Shown here one piece after another: positions 13,992-26,402 of a stretch of 64,000 nucleotides of DNA (positions within the stretch are counted from its first letter, which is position 1; each line of letters opens with the position of its first letter). The notes under the pieces were generated by a model. It was not told the DNA's origin and did no database searches. It saw only the letters and a list, made by a program, of their open reading frames with translations. Source of the stretch: Nemertoderma westbladi (taxonomy: Eukaryota; Animalia; Xenacoelomorpha). A program made the position numbers and the translations under genes. The stretch is taken from the NCBI GenBank assembly GCA_032718475.1, contig JAUCBJ010007629.1, positions 62,001 to 126,000 of the forward strand, read 5' to 3'.

Positions 13992-16057
13992 CCCAGCAAA
14001 GTCATAGCATGATAAGTCGCTGATAAATTGCTACTAATTTCGCCGGCTAATACCCTGCTAATTTCGCCGGATAAAAGCCGGCTTTTTGGTTCCAATGTTC
14101 TTAAAGGTTTCGAAGGGTGGATTTCGAAGAGAAATATCCATCGTTTAGTAGACTATTAGCCTTCGATTAGTAGTTTACGAAGCATATTCGAAGGATAATT
14201 CGAAGACAAAAATGCTTCGTTTAGTAGACTATTCGCCTGCGATTAGAAGTTTATTTAGCATTTTTCGAAGGATGATTTCGAAGATAAAAATGCTTCGTTT
14301 AGTAGACTATTAGCCTTCAATTAGAAGTTTACGAAGCATTTTCGAAGGATAATTCATACATTATTAGAAGCATTTTCGAAGCATAAAAAATACTATTTTT
14401 CGAAGAAAAAAAATGTAACTGAAACAATCACTGGACCTGCCTGTGGATGCTTTGGTGACGAGGGAGTGGGTATTAGCCTATACCTACTGTAATAGCCTAC
14501 CGTATCCTACCATACACCCTACTTCCCTATCCTACAATACGTTATATACTTATTAATGGAAGCGGCTGAGTATATAGAGAAATATATAATCAATATATAT
14601 TTGAGGGTATCTATGGAAACTTTAGGTGATAATCGAAAAATTTGAATTTGTTAGTTGAAATTTAAATAATTTCCCATATTGTCAGCCATATTAGATTATT
14701 CGTGTTGATGGATCTATGAAAATTAATTAAATTTAGATGCATTTAATTAATAATTATGCTTCTCTGATGACGTGCTGATTGTAGAGGCTGACCGGGGTGC
14801 ATGATAGCAAGAAAATATCTGAATATTAAAATGTTAAATACTGTATTAAAATTTGTATATTAAAAAAAAGATTAAAAATAATTATTACTTAAGAATAAAT
14901 TTTATACAGTATAGAGCAGTAGAGTAAATAGTTTCTGTATCGTTATACTGTAGTATAAAAGGTATATTATTTAAAACTTTCAGTTTCGGATATAGTACAC
15001 GTATTATTAATACTGAAAAAATATGTGCTTTGTTTGTCCCCAGGATTTCCCTGACTGCCTGAAAGACATACTGTAGTCAGATACTGTAGTCTCGTTTTTA
15101 CAGGTGTCTGACATTCTGACAGTAACATACTGTAGGGCAGTATGGACATCGCCTTTACCTCTAGCTCTGCCAAACACTCAGACCTGCAGACTCAGGATAC
15201 ATGGATTACCGCACCTTTAAGGACAGACACAGCATCACACAGTAATTAATGGATTTATTTCATAAAACAATATGAATGGCACTGGACATAATATAGATCA
15301 ATTTCCTTTGCTTCAGATTATATATTATTATATAATCGACAATTCTAAAGAACTGATAACTTTGTACTAATTTACTGCTAAATATGGTCCCCAGATAAAA
15401 AAATATTCGGATTATTAGTAGGCATAACTACAGTATATAATTATTATTTTACTCTCAGAATTTGCCGGATAAAACATAACATACAGTAACTATGCATAAC
15501 TAAACAAAACTAAGCTAAATGATCCAACCTTCGAAAAGTCTACAAATTTATCCTTCGTTTAGAAGGTAATTTATCCTTCGAATATAAGGTAATTTATCCT
15601 TCGAATAGTAGCATAAATTATCATTCTAAACGCAGGATAAAAACTATAAATTCATCCACCCTTCGAAAAGTCTACAAATTTAGCCTTCATTTAGAAGGAT
15701 AATTTATCCTTCGAATAGCAGCATAAATTATCCTTCTAAACGAAGGATAAAAATTATCAATTCACCCACCCTTCGAAAAGTCTACAAATTTATCCTTCAT
15801 TTAGAAGGATAATTTATCCGGCGAATAGTAGGCATATTTATCCTTCTATTTGCCAGCTAAAAACTAGCTAAATCTTCAGAACCTTCGAATAGTCTTCGAA
15901 TTTATCCTTCGTTTAGAAGGATAATTTATCCTACGAATTGTAGACTGAATTATCAGACAATTTAGACGGCGAAAATGCTGATAATTTCGAAGAAAATTTA
16001 TTTCGATCAAATTAGCAGCATATTAGTAGCAATTTCGAAGGATGTGACTTTGCTGGG
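13992..16057. mobile_element. CACTA/CMC-like non-autonomous transposon with subterminal repeat arrays
   Basis: TIR CCCAGCAAAGTCA...TGACTTTGCTGGG, 2-bp TSD AA, subterminal ttcgaagga/ccttcgaa arrays. The empty site caaagacaactagc is seen in the duplicate at ~63750. Confidence 0.85.
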
Positions 16058-16947
16058 AACTAGCAAAAACTTATATTGAAACAGCTGTTGCAAAGCTGCT
16101 GAATAACTCGTTATTTGGTAAGTCAATAGAAAAGATACGGGACCGATGTAATTTCCGTATCGCTAATAGCAATGAGAAATGCGATCAATTGGTGAAACGT
16201 ATAAATCACGAAAATTTCATGATTTAAAACAATTCCTTATCGGGACACTTATTAGTGAAAGACAGCGTGACATTAGATAAACCAGTCTATGTAGGTAGTA
16301 CTGTCTTGGATTTAGCCAAACTTGATATGTATGAGCTGTACTACGATAGATTACTACCTATTGAGAAAGAATTAAACTGCCGAATTGAAATTGTAGCATC
16401 AGATACAGACTCATTAATAGGTTGTTATTATAATACATCGCAGAGTAATTTCTTAAAAGCCTTAATTAAAAATAATATTCTAGATACCTCTAATTACCCC
16501 AAGGATCACCCGCTTTATAGTAATAAAAATAAATCCAGACTCTATTACTGTAAAGATGAGTTGTGCTCATGAGAGATTAAACAAGCTGTATTTTTATGTC
16601 CAAAGTTATATTCAATTTTGGAATGGAATGAAACGAATATAGGACGGGCAAAAAGAATAACAAGAGCTGTCGTGGATAAAAAAATTTGCCAAAAAGATTA
16701 TTTAAGAGCATATAAGTATAACGAAGAAATTTCTAAGGAAACGCATCAATTTCAGAGTCAATTACACAAAGTGTACACTATAGCACGAGATAAGTTTGCT
16801 CTCAGCGCATTTGATGATAAACTTTATTGGGTTAATAAAAATCATTCACTTTCCTGGGGTCACTATCAAACAAAGGTTGTAAAACCACTAAATAAAATAA
16901 ATATACCTATTTATCGGGAACAAAACAATGAACTATCAGATAGTTAA
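16058..16947 (+). pseudogene. polB: pPolB C-terminal polymerase part (motifs B and C)
   Basis: KLLNNSLFGKSIE (motif B); DKPVYVGSTVLDLAKLDMYELYY; SDTDSL (motif C); KFALSAFDDKLY...WGHY. In-frame stops at ~16225 and 16570. Confidence 0.92.
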
Positions 16948-17481
16948 TAAGAATGTAAGTTGCCAGCAAGTGTCAGCGATTAATTTGAAAGAATTAAAAA
17001 ATCAATTATCTGGTAAACACATACTCAAACCAAATCAGTTTATATATAAGATATTTGGTGCCACATTATTAATATTTAAAAATGGTCGTATTACATTATT
17101 AGGTAGTAAGTATAATTTCCAAAAAGTAAAAAATAATATATTTGATAAAACAAGTATTAATTTGATTTTAAAATCTGCTAATTTATGTACTTATATTTTT
17201 AGTATTAACTCTGGAGTCTATAGGTTATTGATAAACAATACCGGGTTTTATGTTGTCTTTGATATGTACAACTTCAAGTCATATATGAACCTGAAATTTT
17301 TAATAATTGCAAAATAAGAATAAATAATACCGTAGTCATTTGCTGCTTTCATACCGGTAAATGTACTTTAATGTGTTCACCTAGCAAATTTCACATTTAT
17401 TACCCTATATTTAGTAAACTGGTTAATTATTTGTTAATGTTTGGTGTTGTGACTTTAGGTGTAGAATATATTGGTAATTAG
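16928..17481 (+). pseudogene. TATA-box-binding-protein (TBP)-like protein with one frameshift
   Basis: Repeat 1: YQIVN...INL..L...GATLLIFKNGRITLLGSK. After a frameshift at ~17263-17281, repeat 2: IYEPEIFNNCKIRINNTVVICCFHTGKCTL (compare TBP YEPELFPGL...LIFxSGKxV). About 184 aa in total. Confidence 0.75.
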
Positions 17482-17959
17482 AAGGTGAAAATTAAACATT
17501 ATTATTTTTCAATCGATCTATCGGTAGTTAGGGAAAACTAACCTCGTTTGAATAAGCATGACTCTCACAGGCTGACTGCAATCCTAGCTGGCAGTAGCTG
17601 CGAGGCTGGCTGCGAGGCTGGTTGCGAGGTTGACTGCATCCCAGCAGTGTGGTTGACTGCGCACACATCTGATTGTAACTGGCTCACGATATTGCATACA
17701 TTGGGTTAGTTTGTTACTGCAGGTACTGTTACATTAATACTGTAGTACTGTAGTACAATGCTAATCGAAGGAAATCAGTATGCTCTATCTGACTATACTG
17801 TTACAACAACAGTGACAGTACTGCAGTACTGTATTGTTTGGGTAGGGGATCTAATCCCTGCATGTGAGGCTCATGCGTGCAATCCAGGTCATGACTGCAG
17901 TATGCTTGCCTGACTGCAGTATGCTTATAGGTGGAAAAAAAACAAATGCTATTGAACTA

Positions 17960-18380
17960 CAGTTAGGAACACTGGTCACTTTCTGGCTGAAGCTCAGTCA
18001 AAAATTTTCCACATATTTACAGCCAGAAAGTGTCCATGCAGCCACTATTTATCCTTCACAGGCTGCGATTATATTTCCGGACATATTTTGGTTGTAACTC
18101 CACTAGTACTCAAAGCAGAAGCTGGGTACATTTTTTATTTTTAATATTATGATAGTTATCCCAATGATGAGATTCCAATTCTCAAATTAATTTATACAGA
18201 ATTTTATGGGGATTCTACCCCTAATGGCATAATTTTTAGAATGCTAATGTTAAAATTTCACTGCCGGATTTCAAATTAAATTTAGCATTGTTTTCTATGG
18301 AGAAATTTCAATCTCAGAGCGTTTTCCGCGGACACATTCTAGCTGTAAATTGGACATATTGTGACCAGTGTTCCTGACTG
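17960..18380. mobile_element. MITE, unclassified, with 5-bp TSD
   Basis: 20-bp TIR CAGTTAGGAACACTGGTCAC / GTGACCAGTGTTCCTGACTG; TSD AACTA; an empty-site-like ttgaactagattact is present at ~18630. Confidence 0.8.
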
Positions 18381-19104
18381 AACTAGATTACTAATTACCG
18401 GTAGACCGTGACTGCAGTGTTGGAAGAGTAGAATACTACCAGTAAATTTCAACTCTAACTGCTAGCGATAGGTTAGTAATTAAGCATTTTCAGAATCAAG
18501 GCACAGCCTGTCTGCAGTATGCTTATCATATCAAGGTACTGTCTGACTGTTGTATGCTTATCAAGACACAGTCGGACTGTAGTATGCTTATACAGTCATA
18601 GGTGGAAAAAAACAAATGCTATTGACAGATTGAACTAGATTACTGATACCGGTAGACTGCGACTGCAGTGTTGGAAGAGTAAAACACTACCGGTACTGAT
18701 AAAGTGGATGACAGCTGTGGATAGGCCTATACTAAATTATTGAATTTAACAGTACCGGTACCAACAGGTTAACATTACATCCTGTACAGATTATGTTGCA
18801 TTTCTGACTAATATTACTAAAGTTATATCTCTGGTCAACTACTGTATGTGTTATTAGTTTGCGATGTAAAGGTTGTTTCGCGATACCGGTACAACTATAT
18901 TAGAATGATATCGGGAATACTTACTGTATATGTTACGTCTACATCATATTGTTAAATGGGTATGTTAACCTAGCGCAATTGATTCTTTTTTAGAGAACTT
19001 GTTGTAAAAAAAATTATATTTTATTATATTTTTATATTAACATCAAGACCATCACCAAAATAAAATTATATTATATCCCATCACATTACAAGCTTTGAGT
19101 AAAC

Positions 19105-19677
19105 CTACTGTACATCATTCACCACAGTTATTTCTTTCTGTTTATCACCTGTCTCAGTTAATCGCTTTGTTACATACCCTCCAATCCTTTTCGCTGAGCA
19201 GTAATTGAAGCAGCTATCACCATCTTTGTGAAAACTACATTTATCTTCTACAGTAGTTAATTTATCGTGGAAGGGAAATGGAGTTAAATAATTTTAATAT
19301 AGTCGAAATATTCCCAATTTGTTCATCAATTTTGGAGCGTAAACATCAAGTTGGGTATTTAATATTGCGGCTTTCATCAACCCGAATATATATATATTAT
19401 ATTTATATTTCAAATGTCTCTTCATGTACTTTTTAAAGTCATCTTGCGAAATGTCACCGTAATCCCAGGGTAAATGCGATATAATATCGCGTAAATTGTT
19501 TACGTGGGCTTTATCTAATGCCGATAAGTTAATATCAGGAGGTCCTTTAATTAAAAACGTCTTTATATTAGTTTTACTGTATTTAGAATCGAATATAGCA
19601 AATTCTTTAAATACTACCGGATATTCCTTATTGTCTATCTTATAATATTGAAAATCAACAAAAATAACATTATCCAT
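19105..19677 (-). pseudogene. Polinton conserved DnaQ/DEDD-like exonuclease-fold ORF (frameshifted C-terminus)
   Basis: VIFVDFQ....KEFAIF...FLIK.P...HLPWDYGDI; the frameshifted tail CSFH......CSA resembles a recurrent Maverick ORF. Confidence 0.6.
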
Positions 19678-19779
19678 TTTATCGAATAATATTTTTAAAT
19701 AAACAAAAGTTAAATGATTAATTACAACGCCTGTTGGTTTATTTTATATTAATTAACAAGCCATTTAAATAATATTAAT

Positions 19780-20175
19780 TCATTTATTTTTCACATTATT
19801 TGTAAACGCTCTCATTGGATAGTTTGTGTGAATTCGATTTACCAAGTAATAAAGACAGTATAACCCGCATATGGTCCGTCTAGGGTCTTGAAATTGCCTG
19901 CGAGTAGTACACCACTTTGTTGAATTTTTCTCAAGCCATTTTTCAATACATCTGTTTGGATATTTTGGACCAAATGAATTAAATAATTCAGCTTCATTAT
20001 CTCGTATATATATAGCCACCCAATGAACACCAGGTAGATGCGCTTTATCGGTATTTACTATTAACCCGTAGTCTCTTCGCTTATTATTATCTAATTTAGG
20101 TAATTTATTAGACGGAAATGCCCCCAAATAGTGACCACCCACTGGAAACATATCAAGGTCCTCTGTAGATAACAT
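19780..20175 (-). CDS. Adenain-like cysteine protease (Polinton PRO)
   Basis: IVNTD....PGVHWVAIY...ELFNSFG...FQ.....ICGLYCLYYL (catalytic His, Gln and Cys present; Asp appears as Asn). Confidence 0.92.
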   Translation of the reverse strand: MLSTEDLDMFPVGGHYLGAFPSNKLPKLDNNKRRDYGLIVNTDKAHLPGVHWVAIYIRDNEAELFNSFGPKYPNRCIEKWLEKNSTKWCTTRRQFQDPRRTICGLYCLYYLVNRIHTNYPMRAFTNNVKNK

Positions 20176-20177
20176 AC

Positions 20178-21523
20178 TTAATCGATATGTATTTCTTTCC
20201 TGCTATTTAAGCTTAATGATTGATCATAAATATTAAAAACAATTACATTTATGGTCTCAACCAATGGTTCGGCAAATCTTAAATTTAATTGTCCGTTAGT
20301 ATATATTGATGGCTGGGGATCCCTAACATAGCCGTCGGCAGTTAGGTCCCAGGATATGAGTGGGCAGTTACCTAAGTAGGTTTCATGGTCTATATTATTA
20401 CCTCCATAACCGTTAATATATGTATTAATGTTCTTCATTAATTGAGTATACTCAAAAATGTATGTTCCATCTGTAAAATTAGGCTCGTATATTACACCAC
20501 CTACTGGAGGACCGTCTACAATCAGTTCCGCGTGTCTAAGGTTAAAATGTTCAAATTTTAACGGATTCCTAGTTAATTCACCCGAATATGAATTATTTGT
20601 TATAAAACCGATAATAACCAATTTGGGTTTTTTACCATCAAATATGTTTGTTTGGGTGTAATTTGTGGTTTGAGCGGGAATAGTAAATGTAGTAACTTCT
20701 TTTTTTTTAAATTTATATTCAATATCGTAGCTCTCTAAACCTTTTAGATGGCTGCAGAATTAGCTGAGAATTAGCTGTAGAAATAGCTGCATTAAAAATG
20801 CAGCTGCAATGCAGCATGCCGATCCTAGTAGTAGATGGCTGCTTTCTATTACTGGATTCCATTCTAGGGTTTTGGATCTTTACTTCATCTAATTCTAGCC
20901 GAAGATTTGTCACAGTGTTTGCGTTTGGAGTGATTTTAAAAATAAACGAATTTGATACTTTTCTAAAATGTATTCTTAAATCATACCCGGGTTGTATTAT
21001 TTTACTTTCAGTATCAAAATCAATCGTCAATCCACTTACAAATTGCATTTGTTTACCAAATATCCGCAATCGGCAATAGGATGCACGCCAGGATTAATTT
21101 AATTTTCGTGTTCGGATAAAGGCTGACGAAAGCCGCCTGCCCCCAGTAGCCCATTTTTTGTTTCATATGTAGTAAATAGTAAATTGGATAAGTACGACTT
21201 GTAGAAATAATGGTTATTGCTATTTTCAACCTGCTTCTCATTGAGGTCTATTTTAATATCACTCCACATAGTTCCAGAGGGGTAATTCAACATAAAATAT
21301 GTGAGTTTTCAAGTAGTCTATCCCACCGTACAGTACATTTTGTAATTAATAACGCATCTTGCAGTTTCGTTTAGAATTCATTGGATCTTGGTACAAGAAA
21401 CGTGACTTCCCTAGACTCGCTTCTGAGACTAGATACTGGGTAAATTGTTTCATAATGCTTTGCTTTAAATTCAGTCTGTATTGGCTGTGTAGAAAATAAA
21501 TCTAATTCCTTAATAATTGACAT
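20178..21523 (-). pseudogene. Polinton major capsid protein (double jelly-roll/hexon-like), frameshifted
   Basis: Starts MSIIKELDLFSTQPIQT...YETIYPVSSL; NYP..TMWSDIKIDLN; YFYKSYL..LL; YSG....NP.KFEHF; WDLTADG; LRFAEPL.ETINVIV. Confidence 0.88.
20756..20831 (+). mobile_element. Very short 5'-truncated copy of the RTE LINE 3' end inserted in the capsid gene
   Basis: taaaaatgcagctgcaatgcagcatgccgatcc(tag)n is identical to the LINE 3' end at 21606-21658; 11-bp TSD TAGATGGCTGC (20745-20755 and 20832-20842). Confidence 0.88.
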
Positions 21524-21655
21524 TATTAAAAAATACTTTTTTCGCAGTGTTTGAGTTTGCCTTTTTTTATTTTTCTATTTTTACTACGACGATGATGTAT
21601 GTTCATACTACTACTACTACTACTAGGATCGGCATGCTGCATTGCAGCTGCATTT

Positions 21656-23658
21656 TTAAGAATGCTGTGCCGGCTTGTCAACAAAATTGCACTGCCACAA
21701 CTCCCTATCACCCATGACATTTGCTAGATCATCCGCATCTTTAAGGCCAGTGTCCTTTACGATGCGTCTCAAGAAAGTCATGGGCTGTCCACCATGCTTA
21801 TTCACTCCATGAGGCTGCCAAGGTACAAGATCATGCACTGGCTCTTCCTCACGGCGAAAGCAATGTCCTGCAAAGCGGAGGCGATTTTGTTCTAGTGTCA
21901 AGCTTGGGGGAACCAATGAGATACCTCCATTGTTATATAGTGTCTGGTTGGAGATGTGTGCATTGTACTTGACACAATGAACCCGGCGTAGCATTCTTGT
22001 GAATGTGCCATCCAGAGATTTGGTGTCCTCAGCAGTTAGAGCCCAGCATGGACTCCCGTAGAGGAGTACTGGAACTACTGCTGCTCTAAATAATCGGACC
22101 TTAAGTTTCCGATTAATTCTTGGTGACTTCCAAATCCTGGAAAGCCTATTCAAGGCTGCCCATGCCTTTCCCTTACGTATTCGAAGGTCCTCACCTGACT
22201 TCCGGATCCATGATCCCAGGTAACAGAAGTCGTCCACATGCTCAAGTATACCATCCTTTGAGCTTATGCTCATCCGATCAGAGACTTGCTGAGGACTAAC
22301 TGTTAACTGTCAGAATTTTGGTCTTTCTGGAGTTAATAAAAAGACCAACACTAGAAGCAGCATGTTCTAATGAGCTGAGGAGCCGTTGGGCTCCCTCTAA
22401 TGATTCATGAGAGTACTCCTAAGTCATCAGCAAAGTCTAGATCAGTTAGGTACTTGGCAGGATTTCCTCGACTTCTGGAGCCAGTAGGTGGAGTTATCAT
22501 CACCCCATCATCATTATGATGATCTAAGGACATGCGTAGAACATAGTCAACCACAATAATGATCAAGAATGGTGCAAGTGTGTCTCCTTGGAGGACGCCC
22601 CATAACACTTCAAATGGTTCTGTATCACCATCAACAGTAGACACAAATGTTGTCGAACCATCGTATACTGATCTGATTGCTGCAATAATTTCATCAGGAA
22701 TCCCATATAATGAAAGTATGCTGAACATACGTGAGCGAGAGACTGAATCAAAGGCCTTGAAGAAGTCAACAAAGATAACAGCCAGATGCCTGTCTTTCTT
22801 TTTTGATAATTCTTCAATTATCCTTCTAAGTGCCAAAATGGGCTCCATGGTCCCACGACCTTTACGGAACCCATTCTGATTTCCACGGAGCAGTCTCTCA
22901 ATGGGATCCCTGATGCGATTTAATAGAATCCTATTGTATAGCTTTGCAGCAATCGAGATCAATGAGATTCCCCGAAAAGAACCATAGAGTGTTAGGTTGC
23001 CCTTCTTGGGAACTGGCACCAACTTATTTGTTTTCATTTCTTGTGGGACTCTTGTTGTACGGTACATGTCTACTATGATGGGATAGATGAGCTTTAAACA
23101 CTCAGGTATTTTAAAGACCTCAGGGGGAACACCATCTACTCCACTGGCACGATTGGTCTTAATGCTCTTTGCAGCAGCATTCACTTCTGCAAAGGAGATA
23201 TCGCCAATGGGAATATCTGGGAGTACAGACTCAGACACTTTTACTTCTATAAAGTTATCAGGCAATACCCTCTCATTATTGAGGAGCTTTTCAAAGTGGG
23301 CTTTCCAACCATTGAGGCGATCGGCTGGTGATTCAGCCTTAACCTTGGTGGTTGGTTGGCTTTTCCGCCCAGTAAGCAGATTGATCGATTTCCATGCCTG
23401 GGATGATTGCCTGCTGTGGGGAGCATCATTGATGGCATCAACCTGTTGGTTTATTAGCTCCTGTAGATTAACAGAGTACTGCCTGTTCAGGGACCTGATG
23501 CAGCTTTAACTGCATTCTTGGCCGCTGTAGTCTGTTTGAGTCGGGACTCTTTCTGCGCCTTATGAAGGTCATTTCGGCACTTCTGAATTTTGTTGTCAGT
23601 CCAGGGGGCCCTTTTCCTGTTTCGAGGGTATACAGGAACTGTTTCTGCAGCTGCTAAC
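21656..23658 (-). pseudogene. LINE reverse transcriptase (ORF pieces 22405-23265 and 21656-22273)
   Basis: Non-LTR RT motifs as above, with stops and frameshifts. Confidence 0.9.
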
Positions 23659-23662
23659 TTAA

Positions 23663-25216
23663 CCCTATTAGTACCGGGCTATAAAATGTTGTACAAATAC
23701 CGGGAGGGGGTCATATTGACCCCCCCCCTCTAAAATCTACAAATATTTACGAAAACGTCTGATTTTTTGTTTGTACGTAGGTATCACTTGTCTGGATCCG
23801 ACCGAAAAAAAAAATTTTCGAAAAAATGTACTGGGGTGGTTATATTGCAGCACCGAAATTACAAGTAGTGCACAATTTTCACCAAATTTGAAAGTTACAT
23901 TTTCGGCTAATTATTTTTCAATACAGGTTTTTTGGGGTGCAAAATACATTGGAAAATATTTAAAAATGATATGATTACTATAAATGGCTGTTTAGTCCTC
24001 TCTGCGTAGGAAAAAAATGAAAAAAACAAGTAACCAGCACTTTTAAGTTAGAACACAAAATTTTTAATTCACTTATACGATGCTATAAATTCACATTTTC
24101 AGTTTTCGAGTGCGCTGATTCTAATGGAATACATTTCTAATATGCCAGATCATTGCTACTTGTATTTTTCGGCCTAATTTAGCAAATTTTGGTGCTAGCA
24201 CCAAATTTCGTACCCATCACCAAAAAGTACAAGTTTGCGATGTCCAGTGCTGTTTTTAATGATTCCATCGGATTCAGGACCCTCATAAACCCGTATAACG
24301 CAAGAAACAAGGTGATACTATCTACTTATCAATTTGCATATTTTCCAAAATTTGGTGCTGGCACAACAATTTTCACCCACCGGCGAAAAATACAAGTTTG
24401 AGAACTCTTATGAAATTTTTACTGATTCCATTGAATTCAGAACCATCACAAACCCGTATAACGCAAGAAACAAGGTGACACAATCAATTGATATATTTGA
24501 TGGTTTTCAAAATTTCGTGCTAGCACCACATTTTGCACCCACATCCGAAAAATACAAGTTTGAGATGTCTAGTTCGATAATTATATTTTCCATTGAATTC
24601 AGAACAGCCATAAACCTCTAAAACGCAAGAAATAAATTGTCACAAGCAATTTTATATATTGAATGGATTTTCAAAATTTCGTGCTAGCACCAAAATTAGC
24701 ACAAAGCACTGAAAAATACAAGTTTGATACGCTTGGTTCAACTCGTATATATTTCATCGAATCCAGAACCTCAAAAAACCCCAATTGCGTAAAAAACAAG
24801 TTTCAAACAATCAATTTATAAAATTGACTTATTTCAAAATTTGGTGCTGGCACCAAAATTTGGCACCCATCGAAAAAAACAAGTTTGAAATTTCTAAATC
24901 AATTTATATGAATTCCATCCAATTTCTAACACCAAAAAACCGGTGCAAATCAAAAATAGAGATGTTACAATTAATATTTAATGAAATGTAATTTTCAAAA
25001 AACGTCTCAAAAAAAGTGCCAAAAGTAGGGTTAAAAAATGGTGCTATAACTCGAAAAGTACCCAATATTTTTGAAAACGGTTTTCACTACCATTAAGACA
25101 ATACATTTTTAGGAAAAGTCATAAAATTTCAGATTCCCAACTGCGTTTGTTTCAGAATTATAATAAAAAAACCACGGGGGGGGGTCATATTGACCCCCCC
25201 CCCGGGTTTAATAGGG
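23663..25216 (-). mobile_element. piggyBac-like non-autonomous transposon, copy 2
   Basis: TTAA TSDs at 23659-62 and 25217-20; reverse-complement homolog of 8843-10393. Confidence 0.9.
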
Positions 25217-25352
25217 TTAACTGCTTCGAATGAACTATAGATATTAGACTTACAGTATAGTATAGTAATATCATTCGAGTTAATATTGATTAATTACGGT
25301 CATATGTGAGCATTATTTACGCAATGAATTAATATACAGTATAAACCTAAAC

Positions 25353-26400
25353 TTATTGAATATGCTGTACCCACGACTGTTTTTTGGATCCAATGAATCT
25401 GACTAAATATTCTTTTTTCCCATTACGCACACATTCTTTAAGTTCGCCAATATTTTCGTCAATCAGAAGATAAATATTACTACTCGGGTGGACCTTTTTG
25501 AGTTCGTATGAATAAAATGAACCATTTATTATAGCACCAGCGCTGTCCTTAATATCAAACATTACTGCTGGTACTCTATCCAATCTGACTCGATGAATAA
25601 TAAATAATTCACGTGTCCATTGTTTTCGATAGCCTTTAGCAAAAGCAGTACGCGCGATAGATAATCATACTGTATCTCCAACTTTAAATTTTATTTTCTT
25701 TTGATTAATCTGTCTATATTTCCCATATAATCTATTAATTAATTCAGTTTCATTAAATTTATTAACTTCAATGGGTGTTATTTGTATAGTCCTATGAAAT
25801 GACCTATTATAAGTGAAAATAAGCTTTGGTAAAATTTTTATCCAAACATTATTCCCTCGTTGCGTGAAAATTTTGAACATCTTTGCTTTTAATGTTCATT
25901 GAATCTTTCGACAATAGCCGCCTTATTCACAGAGTACATTACGTAATAACGTACACCTATAGTATCTAAATATTTTCTTACAGATTTATTTAGAATCTCA
26001 GACCCTTGATCAGTCGCGATTCTGTTTGGTTTACCTTTCTGGAATATTTTTTGCAATATACTAATAATTTCAATACCTGTTTTTGTTTTCATACAATAGG
26101 CAAAAGCAAGCCGGCTAAAGGCATCAATACATGTTAATAATTAATAATTATTAATTATTATAATTATTATTTTGTGATTTATATTGCTGCATATCCACCA
26201 GATCTATCATATATATATCTTTTAACCCTCCCGTAAATATTTTAGATGTTGGATAATGATGTCTACGTGGTGCGTGAAGGGGTTGTCTTTTGCCCGCTCA
26301 ACCATTTCTGGGCTTGAGATGGTTTGATGTTTGCGGCTTTTGCTAATTTTGCGATACTTGCAAAACCCACAGGTGATGAAGGATCTAAATAAATTCTTAG
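25353..26400 (-). pseudogene. Polinton retroviral-like (c-)integrase with C-terminal chromo-like motif, frameshifted
   Basis: RIYLDPSSPVGFASIAKL...WLSGQ; TCIDAFSR.A; IATDQGSE; KAAIVERFN; YNRSFHRTI; GSFYSYEL; YLVRFIG....SWV. Confidence 0.88.
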
Positions 26401-26402
26401 TA

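Larger units (their letters stand above)
21606..25235 (-). mobile_element. RTE-clade LINE, 5'-truncated, interrupted by piggyBac-like copy 2
   Basis: RT motifs FRGISL, NQNGFR, FVDF.KAFDS, GVLQGDTLAP, DFADDL, FCYLGS; (TAG)n 3' tail at 21606-21626; no clear TSD. Confidence 0.9.
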
